Part shown: positions 53,021 to 64,000 of the stretch, in pieces | How the letters are laid out: the number at the start of each line of letters is the position of its first letter | How positions within the stretch are numbered: the first letter of the stretch is position 1 | NCBI RefSeq assembly: GCF_964204645.1 | Contig: NC_134030.1 | Span: 4,878,778 to 4,942,777 of the forward strand | DNA length: 64,000 nt | Reading direction: 5' to 3' | Source of the DNA: Tubulanus polymorphus | Taxonomy: Eukaryota > Animalia > Nemertea | The notes under the pieces: generated by a model | The model's input: only the letters and a program-made list of their open reading frames with translations | Told to the model about the DNA's origin: nothing | Databases searched by the model: none | Made by a program: the position numbers and the translations under genes

Positions 53021-56000
53021 TTTTATCAATGGTTAAGGGCTGCTTGATTGAATGCGGCTAGGGTTGGCTCAGTGATGCAGTTATCGTAGACATTCAGAAT
53101 CGATATGTGATTAATCAAAGAGATGATATTCTTAGAGCTGACCTCACATCGCTTCAAATGAGGCAGACATTTCAGCCATTTATACATAATTCATTAGAAA
53201 TACTTCAGACTTTCTCTTTATTGCCACATTCAGATATATGTTTATTTACCCTGCTGGCATTCTGCAAACTATATCTTCAAGTCATTTTTGTCATTGTCAT
53301 TTCTTAGTGTCATTTTGCTTTTATGTTTTTGAAACAAATATCGGCGCTCGTGTTTGTTTAGCGGAAATGAGCATTGTATAATTCATGAAAAACCGCGTTC
53401 TATGTACTGAGAAAATACATATGAGGTAGCACAATAAATAACGACCTAAACAATCATTACTGTTAGTTATATATACCGTATAAACAGTTGATTTATGATA
53501 TGATTACTGATGATTGAGGTAAAGCCTTCGTTCTCTCAGTCGTCGACTAATTATGTCACTTATTTCAGTATATACTTTATTGACTGAAATCTGAAGTATT
53601 TGTTGACTGCGCCACAACCCTGAATTACTGCACTGGTTCGCACATATAGACACGTATATTCAGCATTGTTTCACTATGAGAATGTAGATATATTTCTCTC
53701 ATTAATGAGAGCTTTATGTCTTCGATATTTTGATTGAAATCTTCTGACGGCGGTTTTTATACAATGACGACATTGATCTTTCTGCCTACCATCTTAGATC
53801 TGCAAATCAAATCTGTCTCATGTACCTTTCAATACAGTATGCTATGGTTAAAGAGCTTTTGCCTCAACTGACATACAGACATTGACGATTTTAAGTCTGG
53901 TGCGAAAACTTATACTTTTTTGCCAAGTTCTCATTGTTTCTGAACATTTTCATGCAAACCACTCTTATACAAAGTGGCACAGTAGAGAGCCGTACAAATA
54001 TTATCATGATTATTATCATAATAGAATATCATAATGTGAATTTCAATATCTTACCGTTATTCAATAACAAAATCACTAGATATATTTATAAACTTAATCC
54101 GAAAGCAAATCCTTCTGCAATCTAATACTGATATTCCTCACGTGACGTTCTGCACTAATTTCCCGATCGAATGTCTGCAAAAAAAATTATCGCCTACTCC
54201 TTTTTCAGAGCAAATATTTGCGTAGATAATTAGCGGCAAACAGTTTTTCCGACGACGACGTGAGACTCCGTCGTTATCGATCAATCTACGCGTGTACACA
54301 TATCATATATATATATATATAGAAACATCGGGCTTCGTTTCATAATCAGAACAGTCGGATTTATCAAACGTATTCCGCGCAAATTAAACCGACGAGAGCC
54401 ACTTCACTTTATCCTCAACGATGCAACGTCCAGAAATACATCCTCGACTTTCGAATCAGCTTTTTACACACGGTTGATAACGATGCACACAACACTGACG
54501 ATGATGATGATGATGATAGCCTTCGAAGACGTAGTTCCTACTTCTGACGTCTTCAATGTACGGCTAGACGAGAGAGAGACGCATAAACCGCACGAAGACT
54601 TGGAGGCCTGCTGATTTCTCATTGGCAAAACTGACACAAAGGGACAATCTGAGCTATTCTTATTGCTAGGCAAAGCAAACGTAAATCACGGGTTCTATTT
54701 GTTTTGAAATTTGATATCTGCGTATAGGGAGGAGGTCTAGAACAGGTTGTGAACAGGTTCATGGAAGTTCATTTTTAGGACATAACCCTAACAAATAATA
54801 GTCTACCAATGACGATGATTTACTCAGTTTACAAGTAATGATTAGTTCTGAGCTCAAGTTACTTTACGAATATTTGTCCTTATTAGGATATTTTTGCCGA
54901 TACAAGGTAATCTCAGCTGAGATACAGCAGGAAGAGTAAATGAAATGAATATTGATAGCAACCGGCTTAATGCAAGGACAGATAAAATCGTCTCCAAGTG
55001 ATACTTCCGAAATAACTCGCCTTAACTTAAGATGCTCCCTCTAAAATCGCTTGTCTGTTCATAGCATATGACATTCTCTCTAACTTAACGTGAATTCAAG
55101 CAAATGTGACAAACCATAGATGTCTTACAATCCACCTCATGAAAACTACTAGTCACATCGGTTTGGCCTTAACGCTCGGCAATGGATTATAGACAGGAAA
55201 GGCAGTTTGTGTCACAATAGCGGCGAGGTGACTAACAACAAGGCAACTAGCGCCACACGAAGGTCTCCTCCCGCTAGTTCCTGGGTACGCTAGTGCAAAG
55301 CCATACCAGTCCACATTAATGAGTAGATAGATTATGCAATTTCATGTAACAGAAACTAAGTAATAATTCATAGCCGATGTGCCTGCATGGGTTTACACTT
55401 TGTGTATGGTGAACAACAACCACTGAGAATTAATCTTTGAAATTGCAATCCTCAATTGTTCACAGTTTTAGCCGAACCAATGATGGTCATAGAGCTTCCT
55501 GTATAAGAGATATTTAAATGTTAATTGACGGGGATTAATCTCAGAAATATCCGGGTAAAGTCTCCACATTAAAACATGTGGTTATGACACTTCATTAAGA
55601 GTGTTTTAAACATTTGTTACATAATTGATCAAAGCCATGTTTAGAGTAAGCCATGAGGTAACAATGCTATGTCTCAAATTATCTGTCTAATAGCACAAAT
55701 TAAGGATAATAGATTAATCTTGAAATCTTCTATAGGTGAATCAGCTTTCTGTGCATGTTCTTCCATTTAGGAAATCAGGGAGCTATGCGGACGCCACAAT
55801 TCATGAGAAATATGACTTTCCAATAAATGACAAATAGGTTAACACTATGATTATGATAGAAATAAATGAACCAAATCGTACCAAATTTAGTGTAAATCCT
55901 GAACACAGGAGGACAGTTAAACGAGAATAGAAGAAAAAGGAAAAATTGATTCTTAACTTCCTTTAGCATGATAACATATCAGATATAAGATATAAACTTT

Positions 56001-58329
56001 TAAGAGTTTGCATTATTCTTCATCTGATGTGTAGCCGTGAAGCCAGTTCCATTCCATAGGCGTGTGCTGCAGAGGAGTCTATGGCTTCTCCTGTTTGATA
56101 AGGGGTCAGAATCAGGAAGCATGATTCATAAATTAATAGAATATAACAACTAATTACAGATGAATGTCGATCAGATGTGACACGTGATAGTTACATTAGC
56201 ATAATCACCTGGTGCCCGAGGCCTGAATTCCTCGATATCTGAAGCGAACAGCCCGCAGGGACTATCGAATAACAGCCCACGTATATATGCTGAAATTCGA
56301 TTTGTACAATTCTTCGTTAATTTCATGGCAATTTTCATTTCGGATTATTGACGTAATTCGTTGCCACAACAACAACAACTAATCCTATTACATGGTATAT
56401 AGAACGGTTCCCGCAGCGATGAAAAAAACTTTGAATCTCATATTTCATTTTCCCGCATATACCAATTATCATTTATTCAGATTCTATTATCAAGAGCTCG
56501 CACACTACTTGATATACCTATGATCTCAAATAATAACATCAAAAGGTCTCTATGGCGCTGGATTCTTAACTCTAGATCTAAAATATCAGGACATCTTGAA
56601 ATATAGTCCTAAGTGGTCAACAACGATGATTTCAGCCTGGAGGGCTCCGTCGGACTTCTTTAAGATACATGGAGGTTTATTTATTTCGTTATTTAGTGCT
56701 ACAGGCGCCATTATAACGAGAACACAGAAATAATGAATATGTTTCTATTTGGACGAAGGCATGTTTCTTGATTACAGAGTGATTATATTCTAAGCTTATT
56801 GTAAACTAAGTGGTTCTTTAGAACACTAAGTCCAATAGGTATGCTTCACCGACGGAAATGCCACAGGGTTTAACCAGCATGTCTCATAAACTGCCCACGG
56901 CCTGAATGATAGAGGTACATGAAACATGCCTATAGAACATTACAACTAATCAACAAAACCTTCAAACTTCTGAGTTCTACAATGTTCAATGTAACATGTA
57001 AAATACCCACAAAATCTATAAAACTGTTCTTTTTCATCCTAGATGATACTTCTTTCATAATTCAATAGTTTAATAAACTGCATTCATCTTTTACTCCAAA
57101 CATCTTCCATTCAATGATTTATTTTCAGATGTTCTACGTTTATCGCAATATTGCAAAAAACAGAAATGAGATTTGTTGACGACAGCAATAAATCTGTGAA
57201 ACACACATGTTTATTATCAGTAATGAACAGTTGCCGACGAGTATTGATCTTCAATTTAGTGCTTATACTTTTATTTTCAGCAGTTAAACATGAAATGGCC
57301 GATTTAATGAGGCGTGATATAACTACATGGTTCTATCAGGCAGTTAGACACTGTTAAATCTGTGATGCAGCTAAACTAAAACGCAGTTCACAGAGCGACT
57401 GGGGTGGAAGATAAGCGTGTTATACTTTTAAATAATCGGAGAAACACTGATCGATGCCAACCCTCCAGAAATCATCAGATGTGCCTTTTGGAAAGATTAC
57501 AAACTATCCAGGGACTTATTGAACACTTCAGCGAAAGAAGTGGAAGAAAAACTGCAACTGTGGACTATTCCAGGGGCTAATATTGGGAGGTACTATTTAC
57601 AGTTACCAAAGTAAAGTATGAACTTTCATTACAATTGCGTAAAGGCTTCATCACGTATTGCCTGATCACTAGGTACTAGATTTAGTGAACCTGCGAAGTA
57701 CTATTTGTCTTCACATTTACCAATCGTATTCCATATGTCTATCATAACATTAAGTGGAAATTACTGCATTCTGAGAATCCAAGAAGCCTTTAAAATGATA
57801 CCAAATATTCTTCCAAGAATTTCTAGGGAGGCTCTATTTCTGCGCGTTTCATTTGAAATCCATTGCATAATTCGTTTATTTTAGCAAAAACTCACAAAAC
57901 TGAATCATGACAAATTTACGCAATTTGATTTAGTTTCAATTAGAACATGCAAAAACTGATCGATCGGAAAGCTGAACTAATGCGCCATAGAAGCTCAACA
58001 ATACGCAGCATCGCAGCTGAAAATACAACCCTTTGAAGCTAGAGAAGATTAGCAGCAAAAGCACATTTAATCGAAATAAAATTAATGAAAAATCTTGGCA
58101 AAATATGCAACCCATGTTGAAAACTGATATCCGATAAAACATATGAGCACTTCCACCATTCCTCAAGGGGTTTCCCTGTCGTAGTCACGAACGCTTCACT
58201 GAATTCCTGAGATTAATCTGTAATAATTTGATGAAATGTCAATTTGTACTTTACGAAGGAGTTATCTTGCAAACTGCATTCACATCAGAACATGATCATC
58301 TTTAGTTTTGTCAACCGGAAGAGATGCTC

Positions 58330-58905
58330 TCTACCTGCCCTTCTCAGCTGTCTACCTGTCCTCTCTCAGCTCATCCTCTACCAGCCTGTCCTCTCTCAGC
58401 TCATCCTCTACCTGCCTGTCCTCTCTCAGCTCATCCTCTACCTGCCTGTCCTCTCTCAGCTCATCCTCTACCTGCCTGTCCTCTCTCAGCTCATCCTCTA
58501 CCTGTCAGTCCTCTCTTAGCTCATCCTCTACCTGCCTGTCCTCTCTCAACTCATCTACCTGCCTGTCCTCTCTCAGCTCATCCTCTACCTGCCTGTCCTC
58601 TCTCAACTCATCCTCTACCTGCCTGTCCTCTCTCAACTCATCCTCTACCTGCCTGTCCTCTCTCAGCTCATCCTCTACCTGCCTGTCCTCTCTCAGCTCA
58701 TCCTCTACCTGCCTGTCCTCTCTCAACTCATCCTCTACCTGCCTGTCCTCTATCAGCTCATCCTCTACCTGCCTGTCCTCTCTCAGCTCATCCTCTACCT
58801 GCCTGTCCTCTCCCAGCTCATCCTCTACCTGCCTGTCCTCTCTCAGCTTATTTACCTGCCTGTCCTCTCTCAGCTCATCATCTACCTGCCTGTCCTCTCT
58901 CAGTC
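58330..58905. repeat. 30-bp minisatellite, ~19 copies
   Basis: Unit cctctctcagctcatcctctacctgcctgt, with a few 27-bp variants. Confidence 0.96.
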
Positions 58906-61900
58906 CAACCTCTGGAGTCATCCTCCACAGGTAAAAAATCTGAATCATCGTCAACATCCATCGCAAAGGAGATATTATCTGATACGATTACCATGGAAAC
59001 GAAAAGAAGCGAATTGAATTGCGCCCCACGGCATCAATAATACCATCATGCTCAACGCATAGAGGAGAGGAGAGAGGAGAGCAAGGAGAGAGAGGAGAGA
59101 GGGAATGAGTCGGTTGTTTTTTCAAAGAGAGAAGATAGATCCATTATACGAGGAGTATCCTGCTCACTGTACTAGAAAGTGTAATGAGGCGAGTTGTTTT
59201 TTAGCGGTAGTGGTGTGTAATCATACACAGTACCGTAATCACCTGCTTTGAAGTGATTACTAACTACATAAATGTGTAATCACCGCTGAATGAAGAACCA
59301 CAAGAAATCTGAATATGTTAGTTACCCGACCAAATCATACACACGCATATGTCCTCGGGCTTTGGTTGATTTTTTCAAGGTTATGAAAAATCCAGCCAGC
59401 CAATCTGAAGTGCTTGAGAGCATAAGATTTTCATGAACCGTCTTTGGAAATTTTTAGGCATATAGAAGGTTGAAGCTGCTTTGAATTTCATTTTGGTAAT
59501 GCACGGAATTGTCCATCATCGGTCATTTAATGTCATTCTCATTTTCAACTCTAAATCAAGTAATAGCTCCCACGCGCTCTTGAAACGCCCATTTTCCTTA
59601 GTCTTGTAGCTTTTCACTCAAGCCGTGAAATATCACGTACGGAATTGTATTTACAAGAAACGAAATCACACTTTGTTATGATATTCTTCATTCATATGTC
59701 ACGTATATGAATTATCTTCATGTATATCTGGTTTAATCTTGTGTGCCAGTGAGGCATTCAGCTCATTCATTCGCCCCCTTTTTTCTAGTAAAGGTTATGT
59801 GTACACCACATATTGCCTTACACAATAATTAAAGCACTAATTCTCACATTTGCGGATCAATTGATGAGTGAAAAGCTTACCCTGAATAGCAAAAGTTAAA
59901 TGAATATATTTTGATCGTCATAATAGGGTGAATTAGATGAATGCTGGCTATTACACCAATTGCTTTTTATGCGGGATATCATTCCAGCCATTTGTGATAC
60001 AATGAATAATAAAACGTGCAGTATTAATCAATTATCATGTGGTAGCAGTCTTATTACTTTTATGAAAATGCCGATGAACATAGAAACAAATTCAGATTCT
60101 AGACTATAACCAATGATACACTGAAAATGTGAAGAAAGCTAAAAAAGACACTTAAAAATGTCTTGTATCGAACACAGCACTCATAACTGGCATAGACGTC
60201 TATATCAGTGTACTAGTAAAATATCTTACATACATCAAGCCATTTGACGAGCAAATGATTTCATACAAAATAATGAGACAGCAATGAAAACATTTCTAAA
60301 CACGGGTTAAACATAGAACAGTCGCGATAATATCGTCATTCATGGGAAATATCGAATGAAAGTGCGAAAAACATAGCGCTTAGCGTCAAAGCGATTTGTC
60401 ACTGTCATAAAATCGGGGCAATGTTCGATAATGTACATCAATTATGAATGTGTGCAGATAATTCAATTGGAAAATACTTCCACTGTTTAACATAGCAGCA
60501 TATACTTCTTATTAAAACACTTGGTAGATGATAATAAAATCATTTTCACAATGTATATGATACAGGACCCAGGGTGGATTTAGAGAGCTCCCCCTAATTC
60601 TTTATTACCAACATAACATTACTGCATGATTGAAAGTGATAAATTCTTTTCAAATCTCTATGAGGCCTTGAGCCTGTACCGTTATGTATATAAAACTGAA
60701 CCTCAGAAGATTTGGGCCCCAGATTCCGAATTCCTGGTTCAACCCCCTTATATTCACTTCTTCCCTAAATGGTCTCCCTGAAACTAGCTCTTTGAAAACT
60801 GATTTTACATCTCAAGCAGAGCAAAATGATGATAGCCATGCACTATGCACCCTCTTTACATCAAAACAGTTACAGTACAAGATGACCGATGCACTACAAT
60901 TATCTTTGCATTAGCAACAGCACTGGATGAACATGGATATTTCCGAGATTACAACAGACTGATATAGTAACCTATTATTTCACAAATGGACTACTGTGTG
61001 ATTAAAAAAACTCGTGTTAGATATCGTCAAACACCGGATGATTGTCACTGATAATCTCCTACATCTCTCTCATCATTTCCCTCGCATTACTTCATATCAA
61101 AAGCCGCTGCCGGATTAATTCTGATTTTCTTTTTTCGAGTAGATTCATCAATTCGACGATTGCCGTTCTTACGCAATGCCGTCATTACAGTTAAGCCCGT
61201 CATCAGGATTGAGAGAGTGAGTGAAGAGTCGCTGTAGATCCCGGCGCCGCTGTTGACGATTTTTTTTAGTTCGCGCTGTAGAGATAATTCCGATCGCTTC
61301 TTCGCCGAGGATGAATATGATGACTCAGCAAAAATGGCTGCACCTACAAACCGGCATTATTCCAACCCGCAGAGCTTATGTCGTTTAAAATGCTCATCTC
61401 CCGCTTAGAAAGGGTTTTTTGAAGTGATCGAGGATTATTTTGAAATATATCCGAGCTGAAAGGGTACGCGGGAGTTGTTTTGGGAGACTTGAATAAGAGC
61501 TTTATGATAATAATTGGTGAGGAACCTATGATAGATGAGGAAAACAACAGCAGAATGGAATAATAGTTGATATAGAAAATCTCACAATAATGAATAATAA
61601 ATCCTAATAGTCACTTATCAGAACAGTATTCCGGATGATGACTATTATAGGATATAGTTGAAGGCAACACGAATGTTACGGTATTCCTGAGGATGACTAC
61701 AGTGTAAGGATAAATTCAAAACATCGAATAAATCTATTAGCTCAATGGAACATTTCAGACTTTATTCTTTATTATTAGCGCGCGATTTTCTATGTATATA
61801 TCTTATCATCAGAACACGGAAAGATTGTATCATCAATGGGGGGATAACTGGTAGAGAAAGCTTCATTCAGATGAAGCAACTTATGTCTATGTTTAAAGAG

Positions 61901-62419
61901 CAGCCTCTTCATAAACTTGAGACATCACGATTGCAACATTGATACAGACGCGCGCACAGACAAGCGTTGTAACTAGACAAAAAAACACTCTCTGATAAAA
62001 GGGTGCTTTAAAATCTCTTCACGGCATTCTTATCCATCGTAGATACAATATAACCAGCAGACACTGTGACAGTTTGCTGATGTACTCGAGCTACTGAGCC
62101 AGAAAAATCTCTTGATGAAGTATGCTTTACAGTTGTGAATAATGAGAAATGTCAACGTTTTTCTCTGTTTCATTTTTTCTGTTGATTCAGCTCCATTATG
62201 ACATGAGTAATTCAAATTTATGTATTATGCCTTCTAAGAAAGACACTTCCGCTGTCATAGCGCCAGTAAGTACTACTTTAAAGCAAAAACTTCGAAATAT
62301 GACTTAATTCGTACTTCATAAATCGGGAAGAATGATCAACCAAAATCATCATCCAATGTCGCAAAAAACTTCAAAAAACTGTGGAGGCAAGGGTTCAAAA
62401 TCATTTAGCAGGAGACTAT

Positions 62420-62551
62420 AGCCGCGATCACACGGAGACGATTTGGCCCGGGCCAAATTGGCACGGATCAGGCTTGGGCCCATTTGGCACCCGTGTGAAC
62501 AGTTGTTTGGCACATTTGGCCCAGGCCAAATATACTCGTGTGATCGCGGCT
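62420..62551 (+). mobile_element. MITE family A, internally deleted 132-bp copy
   Basis: Perfect TIRs agccgcgatcacacg / cgtgtgatcgcggct; both ends align to 40019-40355. Confidence 0.85.
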
Positions 62552-64000
62552 ATTCTTTCATTCAAATGCAGGATGGCTTAAAGGTCAACCAACTTAGGCT
62601 CTTTTGAGGCATTCTACAACCAAACTTGTAAATCAGTAAACTGGAGTTCATTCGCACCCATGCTATTCGTTCTTCATATACACTCATCAATGGATTCATG
62701 AAGCCCAAGGGAAGAGAAATGCTTCTTCCAGTGAGATATGATTTCACTTATTCTGTTTTATACCATTTATACCCGGCCACGCACGGAGCACAGACGCGCG
62801 TGTGTGTGTGATTGTTGTGTATTAATCCTTTTCCATTAAAGGACAGCCCGGTGCGCACACTTTCCAAACCCCGAAATAGAAGTCTTTAATTTATTTCCTA
62901 TCATTGAAACGTGTGCGCCGACAACCGGTGAGAATAATGCGGGACTTTGACGGTATAAATGCGACACTCACTTACATGCCCCATCTACTCCCGGCCCATT
63001 CAAACCAACTGATAACATTCATAGTGGGTATTAATTCATTGATTCGTTAATTAGACCCCAAGAAGATACCCACATCCAGACTGTGTAGATGCTAATCGGA
63101 CCACCAGCTGCTCTAATGAGCGAAATAATAGATCAACATAGACTCTTTGTCGTATCATCCCTTTGACTATAATACTAATAGTACTAGCAGGAGCTAGTCG
63201 TCAGATGTCCAATATCTGGTACCATTATTATTAGCCAAATGCCATGCATAGCGTAAGATGCGTTAATTTGAAATTGAATTAATTGAATGGATAATGATGA
63301 AAGATGAGATTCAGTGAAACTATCGTCATTCTTTTCAATTGTGAAGAAATCGTATTTGGTTACGTTCAGACTGTGATAGCATGTGGAACAATAATCTCTA
63401 AATCCTCAATATTTTCATCCCTCTATATACTTGTTTACTACTTCTACATATACTTCTAGCGTATTAGATATCCTAAACTGGCAGATAATAACTATTTTAG
63501 TAAATATTTTCATAATCTACGGTCAGCACTCAGCTTTAAACCAAGTGAACTTTCATCGCACTGACATTTTAACAAGCTGCTCGTTGCTAGGGAACTAAGC
63601 ACCGGTTGTCGAGGACCTACGGCAATCGGTGAGTCTCTGGTGATCCCGAGGATAAATCCAACGTGAGCGAATAGCCGTGTTAATGAGAGTTCACTGACAA
63701 ACGTGTTTGAAGTTCAAAGATACAATTACACAGCCTGATTACGCTGCGTCAAACCTAACCTTTAAAGGCAGGTAGCCGTTTAGATAATAGAAACAGCTTT
63801 ACAACATCTTCCAACCTGCTAAGCACTATCCAGGACTTTGAAGGTTTGTCAGCTTTTTCTTATCCCAAATAAGGACTCTACGTTCCACTCCGGCAATTCA
63901 GGATACCACACGCGGCATGCATGGATCCACCAGGTTCACTAGTGCGCATTCAGACAATGACACCCAATCTCTTCTCAGATTCAATTAAAATCTAATTATA

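Noticed and set aside
62562-62747. LINE reverse-transcriptase fragment (KSYLTGR motif)
   Set aside because: Only a short motif resembles LINE RT; the flanks do not continue it convincingly. Needs a translated search.

Overview
Eukaryotic (animal, probably an invertebrate bilaterian) genomic DNA. The only well-supported gene is a minus-strand roundabout (robo) receptor. Ten GT-AG coding exons between 7896 and 1515 splice in frame to give Ig1-Ig5 plus FN3-1 to FN3-3. The transmembrane and cytoplasmic exons lie left of the window. No signal-peptide exon was found in 7897-64000, so that ~56 kb is most likely a very long 5' intron. It holds several non-autonomous DNA-transposon families (Harbinger/Tourist-like, CAG-ended with 5-bp TSD, piggyBac-like, and tiny CCATGG palindromes), a Penelope-like inverted remnant with a degenerate hammerhead core, two minisatellites and simple repeats. 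The best leads are a candidate 72-nt juxtamembrane cassette exon in a GCATG-rich intron, an extracellular poly-His loop, a minisatellite whose unit reads as a 3' splice site on the pre-mRNA, and 24-37 bp palindromic insertions with perfect 5-bp TSDs. I cannot demonstrate a new biological system from the sequence alone; these are testable hypotheses.
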